NCBI RefSeq assembly: GCF_009914755.1 | Contig: NC_060937.1 | Source: the human T2T-CHM13v2.0 reference genome, Homo sapiens | DNA length: 64,000 bases | Reading direction: 5' to 3' (one strand) | Shown: positions 1-20,283 of the stretch, in pieces | How positions within the stretch are numbered: the stretch's first letter is position 1 | Layout: each line of letters starts with the position of its first letter | Made by a program: the position numbers and the translations under genes | The notes under the pieces: generated by a model | What the model saw: only the letters and a program-made list of their open reading frames with translations | What the model was told of the DNA's origin: nothing | Databases searched by the model: none

Positions 1-2
1 AA

Positions 3-795
<793 letters not shown>

Positions 796-799
796 TTAG

Positions 800-2110
800 T
801 ATAAGCCTTCCATTTCCGTTTCTATGCATATACAAATATATACAGAACTTTTTCTAGAAAACAGAAATGGGATCATATATTCTATTCTGCAATTTTTCGT
901 CTTATTTTGAGTATCTTTCCATGTTCATTCAGATCTTCCCATTTAAAAAAAAAGCTATCACATTTTAGATATACCATATTTTTTAAGAGTTCCATAAAAT
1001 TCCATTATAAAGAATACCAGTATATTAAATCAATTTGGTGTAACTGGACATTTACGTTGTTTCAATCTTCACTACAGCAAAGTACACTACAGTAAACATT
1101 CTTTGTGTATAAGCAAGTATTTCCATAAACTGAATAAATGGCCAGAAGTGAAATAGCTGGGGGTCAGCTATATATTGAAGGCTCTTGTATCGAAAACTTG
1201 TAGCATACTTCCCTATACCTTTACAATGTGAAATACCATTTTATTCTTAGTTCTGTTTCTAGACTATTCTAACTTTCTATTCTTTTCCTATGCCAATGCT
1301 ATGTTTCAATTACTTTAGCTTCTGAATACATTGTAATAGTTGCTACATCAAGTCCCCAAACCCTTCACAGACTTCCAGATATATTTTCTAATCAATTAAT
1401 TTTTCTCCCACCTCAGAAAAGGGTGAGGAGGAAAGAGAGATTTTGATTGACATTATATTCAATTTAGAGATGAATGAGGGAGAAATTGCCACCTTAACCG
1501 GATTGACCTTTCAGACCAAGGAGCATAGCCTTCATTTAATTCAGCTCTTTTATATTCTGCAAATAAGCTGTATCATGTTCTTCACAAAAATGGTGCATGT
1601 TTCTTATCAGTGCCCTATAATTTATTTCTACAGTTTTTCTTTCTAACAGAATGGGATCTTTTTTCCAATTTTAAGCTGATCACTGCTGATATAAAGGAAA
1701 TCTTGCAACCCATTTATTTTTCTTACATCTGGTCATCTTTCCAAAGAACTAATGGTTCCAACAGTCTTAGTTATTTTGCTTAAACTTTTTTTCCGAAATG
1801 TCATATCACCTGCAAATAATCATTTTTTGGCCTTTCTTTCCAATATCTGCACTTATTCCCATTTTTTGTATTACTGTATCAGTTAGACCCTCCAGAAGGT
1901 ATTAAATAACAGTTATATTAGGACTCCCGTTTTACTTCTGAGGATATCATCATTTAATACATGGTTTCAGATAACTATTTGTTATCATATTGAGAATTCC
2001 CTTCAATTCCTAGTTTATCCAATTGTTTTAATCATAAAATGCTGTTAAATTTTAACAACTGCCTTTTAGGCATCTATGGATGATTTCAAATGCCTTTTCG
2101 CATTTCTTCT
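800..2110 (-). mobile_element. Degenerate L1ME-like fragments in XPO4 intron 1
   Basis: AT-rich antisense L1-like phrases, e.g. TCATATCACCTGCAAATAAT and CCCTTCAATTCCTAGTTT. Confidence 0.5.
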
Positions 2111-3397
2111 CTGGATCACTGGCTATGTTCCAATTAGTGTGACACAAGTCCAACTGCAAATACACATTTAATTGAACTGAATTTGAAACATAAATTTCCT
2201 ATTAATTAGCTTTTTTGAGAAAAAGAATGCTGTGCCAGTTTTCTAATATCTAGTGCCACCGCAGGTACTACAAGACAGGGCTGAAATAAACAAAAATGCA
2301 TACTTACTATAATGCATCTTTCAAATAAGAAAAGTAGGTTCAATTAATTAAAATTTTCATTTTTATGACGTGTACTGTGGTTACAAAAAAATAAAGGCAG
2401 TGTACCTTACACATTGAAGGTCTCAGGAAATATCTACTACATAAATGCTCAAATATTCCTCAAACTCACTGTATTTCCCCAAACTATATTCTCTCAGACT
2501 ATATTCCCCAAAATATATATCTCCACCTGGGATATTGCTTATCAAACTAGAAAACTCTAATCTATTTTTCATGATTCAGCTTAAGGGTTACCTATTCCAA
2601 GAAGCCCTTTCTCAGTCCCTATCTCAGCCTGAGATAGATGTTTGTACCTACTTCTATTATAACTTTACCAACCAACATTTGCTAATATTTTTGCCTTTCT
2701 CCACTCCTTGAAAAGAAGGTGCTTCTTCTGTCTCCTCAGCATACACAGCATAGTGTCTAACATGCTGTGTTTCTATATACTGAAGAAATGTTCTAAAACA
2801 AATCAATGGCCAGAAATTGGATTCCAGATCCAAACTAGCTACATGACAACAGGCAAATCATTTGCCATCTCTGAATATCAGGTTTTCATATTTATTTATT
2901 TATTTATTCTATTTTTTTGAGACAGAGTCCCGCTCTACAGCCCAGGCTGGAGTGCAATGGCACAATCTCTGCAACCTCTGCCTCCTGGGGTCAAGTGATT
3001 CTCCTGCCTCAGCCTCCCAAGTAGCTGGGATTACGTTATAGGTATGCACCACCTCGCCCAGATAATTTTTGTATTTTTAGTAGAGTCATGGTTTCGCCAT
3101 GTTGGCCAGGCTGGTCTCGAACTCCTGACCTCAGGTGATCCACCTACTTTGGCCTCCCAAAGTGCTAGGATTACAGGTGTGAGCCACCATGCCTGGCCAG
3201 GTTTTCTCATTTATAAGGTTTAGGAATATCTCATCCTATTTACTTCACAGGACTGATATGAGAATGAAGACAAAAATTTTTCTATAGGACTACAGATGTG
3301 CAAGTATTTTAGAAGATATTAACCAGATTCCACTATAATAAAATCTATGAAAACCAGTCATGAATCTCGTTTATTAAAGTTGGATTTACACTCACTA

Positions 3398-3760
<363 letters not shown>

Positions 3761-3974
3761 TTAATATGTGTGCTCTGCACTATCTTATATTATTGCTACA
3801 CACAATCACTAAGGACAATCCAAAACAACCTAATGAAGACAGGGCAACAAAACCAAGCAAATTCAAGACAATAAATAAAGCGCTCTTTGGACTGCAAATG
3901 AATGTGGCATCAATACTATAAGAACACTAAACTTTTCAATAATGTTGTCTCTAAAATCAAAACACCTCCTACAT

Positions 3975-4349
3975 TTTAGTATACAAGAGGATGTGCATAG
4001 GTCATACACAATTACCATACCATATCATGTAAGAAACTCACCTGGGCACAGTAGCTTACGCCTATAATTCCAGCACTTTAGGAGGCCAAGGCAAGAGTAT
4101 CACTTGAGCTCAAGACCAGCCTGGGCAACACAGTGAGATCCTCTCTACAAAAAAATATTTTTAAAAAATTACCCATTCAAGGCTGCAGTGAGCCATGATC
4201 ATGCCACTACACTCCAGCTGGGACAACAGAGACCCTGTCTCAAAAGAAAGGGAGGGGATCGGGGGGACTTAAGTATCAATGCACGGTTGATGTCCATGGG
4301 TGGAGGCGGTTCCTGGAACTAACCTCTCATGGACACCGAGGGACAACTG
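3975..4349. mobile_element. MER2 (TcMar-Tigger) fragment with an inserted Alu
   Basis: GAGGATGTGCATAGG and terminal GGACACCGAGGGACAACTG followed by TA. Confidence 0.7.
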
Positions 4350-5313
4350 TACTACTTTATCTGGCAGCTTATCCAATAATCTAAATTGATTGAATATAGA
4401 TGTACCATATTTAGACATTTTCCATCAAGTAATAAAATGTAACATTTATAGTATATGTTGACTAAGAACCAACATGGTTGAGTAAAAAAAGTAAAAAAAA
4501 AAAAAAAAGAGTAAAGGTTTTGAAAGGGGAGTCTGGTGATCTCAGCCTGGATCAGTTATATCATGAATTTGCTCTGTGACCTACCTTGGGCAAGTCACTT
4601 CTACCTCTTTGAACCTCAGTTTCCCCATCTGTAGCATAGAAGGGAGAATGCTTAGACTTGATTCTTATTTTTCAGTTTCTAGTCTCTCAGAGACGGTGAT
4701 AAAAGCTCTAGACCCTATTACTAAAAATGTACATTTACACCAAAAAATTTGTTACAATTTCCTTTTGATATTCATCCTAGACTCCCTAAGACTTCTGTAC
4801 CAAAAGATCTAAGATTCTTCTATGTTCTAAAATTCTATGCTGATTTCCATAAAACAACTATATGAGTTACCTAATGAAAAATTAAGCAAAAATAATTATG
4901 AAATACATCACTATTTGCATTTTGAATCTCAAAGCATATTAACAGTTAAAATACAGCAATTTTCCATAAGATATATTCAGACCCACAGATGGATAAATGC
5001 TAAGATCACTCTGTTTAAAATATGTAGCTTAATGCTTAATAATTGACGGAGCATTAACAACCTTAATTAGCCAAAGATGAATTAATTTACCTCCTTTCTG
5101 GTCCCAGTATCCTACAGCTTAAGAACCACAGACTGGTAACAGACAAACCAGAGTTTGAGTCTCTACCCCTTGCTATGTAAATTTGTGTAGATTACTTAGC
5201 ATCTACATGTTGGAGTTTCCTTAGCCTGTAAAATGAAAACGAAAGTAACACGCCAGGTGCAGTGGCTCACGCCTGTAATCCAAGCACTTTGGGAGGCCGA
5301 GGCAGGTGGATCA

Positions 5314-5562
<249 letters not shown>

Positions 5563-6159
5563 TCACAGAGTTACTGGAGATAAAAAGTAATATATGTAAA
5601 GGGCTTGGCACAGCGCCTCCAACATAGTATGTACTCAATAAATGGTAGCTATTAATAATTTGGAATATAGCTTTCATATTAAGAAATAATACAATAACTA
5701 CTCTACACATCTTTGGTACAAATTTCTGAATACTTAAGTGGAAATTTCCAAAAAGTCATTTCCTTTTTTTTTTTTTGAGATGAAGTCTCACTCTGTCGCC
5801 CAGACTGGAGTGCAGCAGCACGATCTCGGCTCACTCCAACCTCTGCCTCCTGGTTCAAGCGATTCTCCTGTCTTCGCCTCCAGAGTAGCTGAGATTAAAG
5901 GTGCCAGCCATCACGCCCGGCTAATTTTTATATTTTTAGTAGAGATGGGGCTTCACCGTGTTGGCCAGCCTGGTCTTGGGCTCCTAATCTTTAGTGATCC
6001 GCCCACCTCGGCCTCCCAAAGTGCTGGGATTACAGGAATGAGCCACCGCACCCGGCTGTAATTTCCTGTTTTTAATAACATGACACTTTTTTCAATACTA
6101 CTCTCCTCTGAAAAGATAAAAAGCATTTAGACAAATTATTTATACAACATATGACAGAT

Positions 6160-6365
6160 GGGGTAGAGTGGAAAGACACACAGCTTTAGAGCCAGACAGA
6201 ACTGAGTTCAAGACCTAATTCAGCCATTTAGTAATCGTGTAACCCGGGCCACTTACAGTTTCTCAACCTTGTAAAGCAAAGCTGTTGCAAGAATTAATAA
6301 AATATGTAAAGTATGTAAAGCATCAAGCCCAATATCTAGCACTCAATAAACGGTACTTACTACTA
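6160..6365 (+). mobile_element. MIR SINE (similar remnants at ~2800-3260, 4530-4650, 5130-5660, 13850-14070, 37150-37350)
   Basis: MIR hallmarks: CTTTAGAGCCAGACAGAACTGAGTTCAAG and ATGTAAAGCATC...CACTCAATAAA; CCTCAGTTTCCCCATCTGTA at ~4614. Confidence 0.6.
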
Positions 6366-7439
6366 TTCTTCTCACCTACTCCTTATAGGGGATAAAAGCA
6401 GCTTTGCCAGGGAAGAGGGAAGATATTGGAAAACACAAATACTAGTTTATATTAAGCCAGTGACGAAGGACACTGATTTTACCTGATCAGTGTAAGAACT
6501 ACAGCCGTGTTTTGGGTGGCATACTCCTTCCAGAATCCAATGAAAACGGAGCCCCTAGCTCCTAGGAAAATTTCAGGAATTTTACAAAACGCTCTATGTC
6601 AGGGATTTTTAAGAATCTTTTATTAAGGGGAATACTAGCTAGTTACTTCTGCTTAATTTGCAAAAGTGTGAAAACCTTCACTAGTCTGTTTTGTGACAAA
6701 ACGTACATTAAGTTAATATTCATAATGAAGCAAGTAAATCCTGCTTTTATTAGACTTCTCGATTTCTAAAGAAACAAAAATATCTGGTGTAAAATATTAG
6801 AACTACAAACTACGCTAGAATTAGTTCGAATATTCTCAAATGTGATGCTCAAACACCCTAACACCAAACCAAAAGGAAAAAAGTCCAAAAAGGTAACAAA
6901 GCTGGCTGTATCCAATTCTTAGAAAGTCTGAATCAATCCAGGTATCAAATGAACCTCTAACTTCCCAAAACATCTACAAACACCGAAGTCATAATTTGCA
7001 AAAACAAAGCTGAGCCAGCAAATAGAAACACTGTTTACTAACTGAACGTAGTTTATCCTTACTTCTCCTCCTTGCATGTAATACTTTTATCCTTTGACTC
7101 GGCCTTCTCAAATTCCCTTAGTAAACAATCTCATCAAACTGCTTATTGTAGTGTAAGCATGAAGTCAAAGAGTAGCATAGACTCAGTTCTCCAAATCGCG
7201 GGAGCTTTAAGGAGCTTAGCACTAGACCAAGTTTTGCCCCAATGACCTTGGTCTCAACGATTCCCCTCCCTCCCTCCAGCCGGCCCGGCCCTTCCACGTG
7301 CTGCCGGCTGCAATTACTCCAGAGGTGGCTGCATGTCAGGGAAGCGCTAGAGGATGCGAATGCACAGGAAACAAGGGTTGCTAACAGCACCCAGGCTGTG
7401 CCATCCAATCCCTCCCGACACCAACTCCCCAAGAGCGCT

Positions 7440-8380
7440 CACACAGCCCTACAAATTTCCCCTACCGAAGCCCTGCGGGGATAACCCCAACTCCTTCCCG
7501 GCGCCTTGCTCTGCGACCCAGTCTGTGGGGCAGGGTGTAAGGTGAAGAAATTCTCTTTGCTACACCACTATATTCCCACGCCCGACTGGGGTGCTGGGCA
7601 GCCAGGGGAAGGGGACAGCTCCTGGAAGGAGGGGACGACGGCAGGAGGAAAGTAGGCTGAAGAATCCTGCGCCACGCCACCGCCACCTCCTCCTCCACTT
7701 CCAGGCTCCCTGCAGGCCCTTGCCAGTCGCCAGCCCAGCGAGCAGCAAGGCCTGGAGTGGCAGGGCCGACCGGGGGCCCGCGAATCCCGGGGTCTGAGGG
7801 GCGCGGCGTCCTCACCATCAGAACTTTAGCCGCGTTCTCCAGCTGAGCGATCACTTCTGGGGGCCCCAGCGCCGCCGCCATCATGGTCTCTCTTCAATGA
7901 CGCGCCATGCGCTGCATTCTGGGAGCGGGCGCCGCGGCCGGCCAATCGCCGCCGCGACCCCGGAGCCTCACGCGCTCCCAGGGCCGTCGCAGCCGCTGTC
8001 GACGCCGGCGTCGCGGCCTCGGCGGGTCTGGCCGGGCTGCCGGGTTCCGGGTGGCTGGGAGGGGACTAGTGTGAGCCCGGCCGCCGCGCTGGGGCGGGGG
8101 CGGCCGCAGCCGGCACCGGGCGAGGCCGAGGCGGTCTGCCCAGACTGCTGCAGCCGCGCGCCCCGCTAAGCTCCCAGCCCCGCGCATGCGTGGTGTCCGG
8201 CGCCCCGGCCTCGCGGTGCCCCCGGCCCTCTCCCCACTACCCTAGTACAGCCCGCCCGGGGACCCGCAGATCCACGACGCCAGTTCGCTCCCTCCGTTCT
8301 CAGCCCTGCACACCGCCTCCCCTGGCTCCTCCTTGCCCTTCCACGCTCCAGCGCCGTGCAGGATTTCCTAAACTTGGAAT
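7440..8380. promoter_or_regulatory. CpG-island promoter of XPO4
   Basis: Very GC/CpG-dense. Contains CRE half-site TGACG 7898-7902, CCAAT 7942-7946, GC box GGGGCGGGG 8091-8099 and NRF1-like GCGCATGCG 8182-8190. No TATA box seen. Confidence 0.9.
7816..7884 (-). CDS. XPO4: Exportin-4, coding exon 1 (MMAAALGPPEVIAQLENAAKVLM)
   Basis: Translation matches the recalled XPO4 N-terminus. ATG lies in GAGACCATG context, and 69 nt of coding sequence end at a canonical donor ATG|GTGAGG (7815-7810). Lies in a CpG island. Confidence 0.96.
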
Positions 8381-8482
8381 CGCTCTTCCCGCTTTCCCCT
8401 CCTCAGAGCGCACCTCCTTTCAAAGTATCTCTGTCTCCTGCTTCTCTGTTCCTTCTTGCCATGGGAGAACATTCCAGGATAG

Positions 8483-8802
<320 letters not shown>

Positions 8803-9667
8803 GAACGCTTCGTTTTCATAATGGAGGGCTTTGGCCTTCTGCAGGACAATCATCCAAATGTATCTGGGCAGCGGGTCGCTAGGAGACCCTAGGAGGAAAA
8901 CCCGTCTTTGGCTCTTGCCGTTTTCACTCTTTAAGGGCTGGCTCACATAGGAGAGGGAGAAAGCAGGGACAGGAAAGCCTGACCTTGACTACCTGGCTTC
9001 TCAAATGCAGTAAGATGAGCTTTGTCGGCCAGGCGCTGTGGCTCATGCCTGTAATCCCAGCACTTTGGGAGGCCAAGGCAGGCCTCATTTTAGCTCAGGA
9101 GTTCGAGACCAGCCTGGGCAACATCGTGAGACCCTGTCTCTACCAAAAAAAAAAAAAAAAAAAGCCCGGTGTGGTGTCTTGCGCCTGTGGTCCGAGCTTC
9201 TCGGGAGGCTGAAGCGGAAGGATTGCCCAGGAGGTCGAGAGTGCAGTGGGGCGAGATCACACCACGGCACTCCAGCCTGGGTGAGAGGCTGATCCTGTCT
9301 CAGGAAAAAAAAAAAAAAGGACAAAAATCAGCATTGTCGTGTTTGTGGAATCCGTGTTGAAAGGCATATTAGAGTATCAAGTAATTAACCTTCCCTCTGG
9401 TGCTCCAGTTGCCTCTAGGACATTCCACGCAAGTGGTCCTGACAGCTGTTTCAGTATTCAAACCAGTGCTGTTAGGTTGTTCGGATCAGGGGTTTGTTTC
9501 GTTTTGAGCTGACATCTACGGTCTACATTCCTATAACTTCTTTTTGGTGCTTATTCAGCCTTCTGAAACAACACAGACAGTCAAATTCGTTTCAGTATTT
9601 TTAAGTTTATTTTTTGTTGAAATCTTCCTGTTTCTTATTCCTAGTTATAAGAAAGCCATACTGTTGA

Positions 9668-9997
<330 letters not shown>

Positions 9998-10449
9998 TGA
10001 GCCACTGTGCCCGGCCACACGGAACTGCATTATTAGCTCCGTTGGAAAATATGTTGTTTCTTGTACTTGAAGTCTCTGCAACTTGAAGTAGAGAAAATGA
10101 ATTAACAAGGTTTGTATTGCTTGAGAAACTAAGTAAGTTTTATTTTATTACTGAAGTTTAAAGTGAGCCAAAATGCAGTTAATGGTCCTTTTTAGTAACT
10201 AAGTGTTTATCATAGGGCCTGACATATAGTAGGCACTCAGTAAATATTTGACCAAGTATAGCAATCTACAAGAAAATTACAAAATGATTCTAGTTGCTGC
10301 AAAGAGTAATTACCAAAGATCAATGATATTGTGCAAATATGTAGATAAACAGTTTGTGACAGTAAATGTTTGAGGCTTATAATGCTTCAGATTGGGCCTT
10401 GGGTTCCAAAGTATTTATTTTGTGCAATTACATTAGAACTTTGCAACTA

Positions 10450-12010
<1,561 letters not shown>

Positions 12011-12234
12011 TTATCAAATGTGAGGATTAATTTGCTTCCTTTCAAATTAACAGTATTTTGAATTTTGAGACTTTATGAAGTGAGGTATAGACATCTCACA
12101 TAATGAAGCCATGAATTTCAGGGCAGAGCTGAAATTGTAGGATCTCAATGTTGGAAAACACCCTAGAATTTGCCTATCAGTTAACTTTCCTCCAATGCCT
12201 GACTCTTGTTATTCCTTGATTTATTATTCAATAA

Positions 12235-13225
<991 letters not shown>

Positions 13226-14254
13226 ATGTGCTCTTTAGATCCTAAAATAGAAGAGGAGGAGAATGTTGTTCAAATTCAAATAATTTCTCACTAGGCATGA
13301 AAGAAATGTTTATAGTTTAGAAAAAGGTAGATGCCTGGTTAAAATGTTCCTGAAACAAGAACATCTTACAAATAGATCCCCCTGCTTTTGGAGTATTCCT
13401 TTTACAACTGTGATGCTATGGGCTCCAAAATCATTCCTACTTATTTTTCACAAAAAGTGATCTGTTGAGTGAGTATATTATATATTTTTCCTTGGAAACA
13501 TAGGGTTGTTTGGTTTTGTGGGTCTTTTAAAATGGAAACCAGTGGGATTTGCCTTATAACCAACTTTATATTATCTGTTTTTCCTAAGTTAGTGGCTCTC
13601 CAGGAACTTTTGTAAAACAAAAATATAGTTACTGCTGACATACTGGTACAAAGGAAAAGCCAACAGTTGTGCATAACAGATAGTGATACTTTAAAACTAG
13701 AAGAGATATAGAGCTGATACAGTCTTAAGATGTTGGAACTGAAAATACATTAAGGATTCTGTTTTTCAGATGAAAAAATTAAGACCCAGAGAAATTAAGT
13801 AATCCATGACCAAGACAGTCACCTGTCTTGCAGTTAGACATCTTTTGTGGTAAAGTGGACAAAGGCTGGAATTCACATCAGAAGAACTGGATTTGTATTG
13901 CATCTCTGCTTCTTATGAACAGTGTTTATTGAGTAAATAACGTCTCAGGACCTCAGTTTGACCCTGTATAAAGTGGAAATTATCACAAGGGCGTGAGATT
14001 CAAGGTAGATAATACACTTGAGATAACTTTGTAAAAATGTAATGTCTATGAATGCAAGGTAATACTGTTATGATAGTGTGGCAGTTGATTGAGTACTTAC
14101 CTGGCACAGTGCTTGATGCTATAAGAGTCACTGGAATTGAAGTCATGGCCTTTGCTTCCTGAGAATTTGAGTTCTAGTTGAAAAGATGAGACTAATGCAT
14201 TTAAAAGAATAGCAGTTAATTCATTTTCTGTTACTTCCCTCACTTTTTTCCAAC

Positions 14255-14975
14255 TGTACTGTAAAAAAAATTGGTCTTTGTCTCTGATTCCTTATTCCTG
14301 GCACAGAACACCTAAAACCCTTGGAATTTCCTGAGTGGTAGAAATCTTTTTTGTTAGTTTCAACAAGCCACTTTCAATCATACCTGAGCTGATGAGGTAA
14401 CTTAGGGTGGGTTCCCTAGATAGCCTCAGAATGGGTTGGTCGCCAGAAAGCACAAGTGATTAGACGGTTGGAACTTTCTGCCCCATTGGCCTCTGGGGAG
14501 CAGCAGGGGTGCTGGTGACTGAGTTCTCAAAACTGCAACAATGAGATTCAAGATTCACTGAGCTTCCGGGATGGTGAATGCATGTATGTGCAGGGACACA
14601 TCCCAATACGGGGGATAGAGGCTTCTGCACTTGGGACCCTTCTGGACCTCACTGTGTGTACCACTTCATCAGCCTGTTCATTCTTTGTAATAAACTGGTA
14701 AATTTAAGCTTCCTGAGTTCTGGAGTTCTAGCAAATTATCAAATGTAAGCAGGAGATCATGAAACCCCCAAATTATAACCAGTGGATCAGCAGTATGAGT
14801 GTTCCCCAGGATTTGTGACTAGCATTTGAACTGAAGACAGTCTTGTGGGACTGATTCTTTAATTTGTGGGGTATGCAGTAACAGTGAATAATGTCAGAAT
14901 TGAATTGAACTGTAGGACACTCATTCATTTGTTTTAGAGAATCACACACCAACATATGGATTGTTGGTATATGCA
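14255..14975 (+). mobile_element. MER21-family LTR
   Basis: TTCCTGGCACAGAACACCTAAAACCCTTGGAATTTCCTGAGTG and GTCAGAATTGAATTGAACTGTAGGACAC match recalled MER21B/C. Confidence 0.75.
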
Positions 14976-15688
14976 AGAAGTTGATACAAATAGTAAATAG
15001 TCTAATCAGTTTGAGACTACTACAATAATGGTAGTTAATGTTTACACCACAACTACCATATGAAGAACATTTTCATCTATTAACTTATTTAATCCTCACA
15101 ACAACCCTGTGAGATGAATACTACTATTTATCCCAAATTTCAGATGAAAACTTTTAGGTGTACAACAGTTCAGTAACTTGCTTCAGAAATAGTGGAAATG
15201 GGATTTGTTATTTTTTTGTTTTTTTTTTTGAGACGGAGTCTCGCTCTGTTGCCCAGGCTGGAGTGCAGTGGCGCGATCTCGGCTTACTACAAGCTCCACC
15301 TCCCAGGTTCATGCCATTCTCCTGCCTGAGCCTCCTGAGTAGCTGGGCCTACAGGCACCCGCCACCATGTCCAGTTAATTTTTTGTATTTTTAGTAGAGA
15401 TGGGGTTTCACCATGTTAGCCAGGATGGTCTTGATCTCTGACCTCGTGATCTGCCTGCCTCTGCCTCCCAAAGTGCTGGGATTACAGGCGCGAGCCACCG
15501 CACCCGGTGGAAATGGGATTTGAAATCACACAATTTCTTTTCTAATCATGGTGAAATAAAACTAGAAATTAATGGCATAAGGAAAATGGAAAATTAGTAC
15601 ATATGTGGAAATTAAACAACACACTGTAACTTTTTTTTCTATTTTTTCCCCTTTTTTTTGCTTTTTTTTATTTTTTATTTTTTTTTTA

Positions 15689-16079
<391 letters not shown>

Positions 16080-16200
16080 TCAAAGAAGAAATCACAAGGG
16101 AAATTAGAAAATATCCTGAGATAAATCAAAATAAAAACACAACATACCAAAAGTTATGGGATGCAGCAAAAGCAATACTAAGAGGAAATTTATTTATAAA

Positions 16201-16643
16201 TGTTGGGAGCCGAAAAGACCAAAGGGATCGTGACCAACTCAGCATTCCACTGGAGGCTATATGATCAAACAGCCAACTGTTTATCATGAATGCAGGATGT
16301 GGGCAGACTCAGCGACTGTGCCTACCGCCAGAAGGTTTGCTGAGGGCAATCACTCCCTGGTGCTGTGCTCATTGAGGTTATCTACTGGGACATCTAGAGC
16401 TTATTGTTTGAAGAATGCAGTCTTGCAAGCCAGCTGTAAATCAAGCTGCTGACCAACCACTGCCTCCTCCCTGTGTCCTTTACTCAATAAAATGCGAAGG
16501 GCTCTAAAGCTCAGGGCCCTTGTTCACTAGAAGCAAGGACCGCCTCCTCCCAACCCCTTCTTCCAAATATACTCTTTTGCCTTTATCTTTATTCCCAAGT
16601 TCGTCATCCTTTGTTCAGTCCAACAGGGATAGGGTCCACAGCA
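16201..16643 (+). mobile_element. Solo LTR3-family LTR (HERV-K HML-6) inserted into an old L1
   Basis: Starts TGTTGGGAGCCGAAAAGACCAAAGGGATCGTGACCAACTCAGCATTCCACTGGAGGCTATATGATC as in recalled LTR3, has AATAAA near 16486 and ends CA. L1 sequence resumes on both sides. TSD not resolved. Confidence 0.8.
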
Positions 16644-16889
16644 ACAACAAACACATTTAAAAAGAAGAAAGTTGTCAAGTCAACAACCTAACATTATACC
16701 TTAAGGAACTAGAAGAAGAAGAACAAACTAAACCTAAAGCTAGCAGAAGGAAAAAAATAAACATTAAGCAGAGATAAATGAAATCGAGAATGGGAACCAA
16801 TAGAGAGAATCAATAAAACCAAGAATTTGTTCTTTGAAAGGATCAACAAAATTGACAAACTTAACTAGATTAAGAATAAAAAAGAGATA

Positions 16890-18178
<1,289 letters not shown>

Positions 18179-18783
18179 TCAACTCTTTTGAAAATTTAAG
18201 AAGTGAGAACATATCCAGACTTATTCTGTGAGGCCAGTATTACCCTCATACCAAAGCCAAAGACAGTGCAAGAAAAGAAAATGATAGACCAATTCCCTGA
18301 TGAATATTGATGCAAAAATCCTCAACAAAATTCTAGCGAACAACTCAAGTATGTTAAAAAGATGCTATGATGAAGTGGAATTTATTCCTGAAACATAATG
18401 TCATGCACTACCTAACAGAATGAAGGGGAAAAAACCCACACGATCACATCAATTGTTGAAGAAAAAGTGTCTGACAAAATTCAATGTCCTTCCATGATAA
18501 AAACACTCAACCAATTAAGAACAGAAGGAAACTACCTTAACATAATAAAGGCCATATATGAAAAAATCCCACAACTAACCCCATACTCAATGGTAAACGA
18601 CCGAAAGCTTGCTTCCCCTCTAAGATCAGGAGAAAGACAAAGATGCACACTCTCACTACCTCTGTCCAACAAAGTACCGGAAGTCCTAGTCAGAGCAAAT
18701 GGACAAGAAAAATAAATAAAATAAATTGAAAAGGAAGAAGGAAAAGTATCTCAGTTCACAGAAGACGAGATTTTTTTTTTTGA

Positions 18784-19068
<285 letters not shown>

Positions 19069-19269
19069 TGATCTTATATGTAGGAAACCCTACACAAAAA
19101 TCTGTTAGAACAAATAAATGAATTCAGCAAAGTTTCAGGATATAAAATCAACATACAAAAATTAGTTGTGTTTCTATACACTAACAATGAGCCATACAAA
19201 AAAGAAATTAAGAAAGCAATTACATTCACAATAGCATCAGAACAAATAAAATACTTAAGAATAAACTTA

Positions 19270-19563
19270 GGCCGGGCGCGGTGGCTCACGCTTGTAATCC
19301 CAGCACTTTGGGAGGCCGAGGCGGGTGGATCACGAGGTCAGGAGATCGAGACCACGGTGAAACCCCGTCTCTACTAAAAATAAAAAAAAAATTAGCCGGG
19401 CGTGGTGGCGGGCGCCTGTAGTCCCAGCTACTCGGAGAGGCTGAGGCAGGAGAATGGCGTGAACCCGGGAGGCGGAGCTTGCAGTGAGCCGAGGCTGCGC
19501 CACTGTACTCCAGCCTGGGTGACAGAGCGAGACTCCGTCTCAAAAAAAAAAAAAAAAAAAAAA
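19270..19563 (+). mobile_element. Young AluYd-lineage insertion
   Basis: 12-bp left-arm deletion (GAGACC|ACGGTGAAAC), CACGCTTGTA and CTCGGAGAGG; perfect TSD AAGAATAAACTTA. Confidence 0.88.
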
Positions 19564-19983
19564 GAATAAACTTAACCAAGGAAGACTTATGCACTGAAAA
19601 TCACAAAATATTGCAGGAAGAAATTAAAGAAGACACAACTAAATGGAAAGATATCTCATGTCAATAGATTGGAAGACTTAATATTGTTACAATGTCAACA
19701 TTACCTGAGTGATATACAGATTAAATGCAATTGCTATCAAAATCCCAACTGCATTTTTTGCAGAAATAGAAAAATCTATCCTGTCATTCATATGGAATCT
19801 CAAGGGATCTTGAATAGTTAAAACAATCTTGAAAAAGAAGACCACGATTGGAGGTCTCACACCTTCTGATTTCAAAACTTATTACAAAGCTACAGTAATA
19901 AAAGTGGGGAATTTGTATAAAGACAGACAGACCAATAGAATCAAATAGCCCAGAAATGAGTCCTTACATACATGGTCCAGTGA

Positions 19984-20283
19984 TTTTTTTTTTTTTTTTT
20001 TGAGACGGAGTCTCGCTGTTGCCCAGGCTGGAGTGCAGTGGCACGATCTCGGCTCACTGCAGGCTCCGCCCCCCAGGGTTCACACCATTCTCCTGCCTCA
20101 GCCTCCCGCGTAGCTGGGACTACAGGCGCCCGCCACCTCGCCTGGCTAATTTTTTGTATTTTTTAAGTAGAGACGGGGTTTCACCATGTTAGCCAGGATG
20201 GTCTCGATCTCCTGACCTCGTCATCCGCTTGCCTCGGCCTCCCAAAGTGCTGGGATTACAGGAGTGAGCCACCGCACCCGGCG
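19984..20283 (-). mobile_element. Young AluYe-like insertion
   Basis: Sense-strand variants GGGGGGCGGAGCCTGCAG, GGCGAGGTGGCG and ACAGCGAGAC, as recalled for AluYe5; perfect TSD GGTCCAGTGATTTTT. Confidence 0.75.

Noticed and set aside
7462-7815. 140-aa ORF continuing from the XPO4 start codon
   Set aside because: Read-through past the GT donor into GC-rich intron; only the first 23 codons are XPO4.
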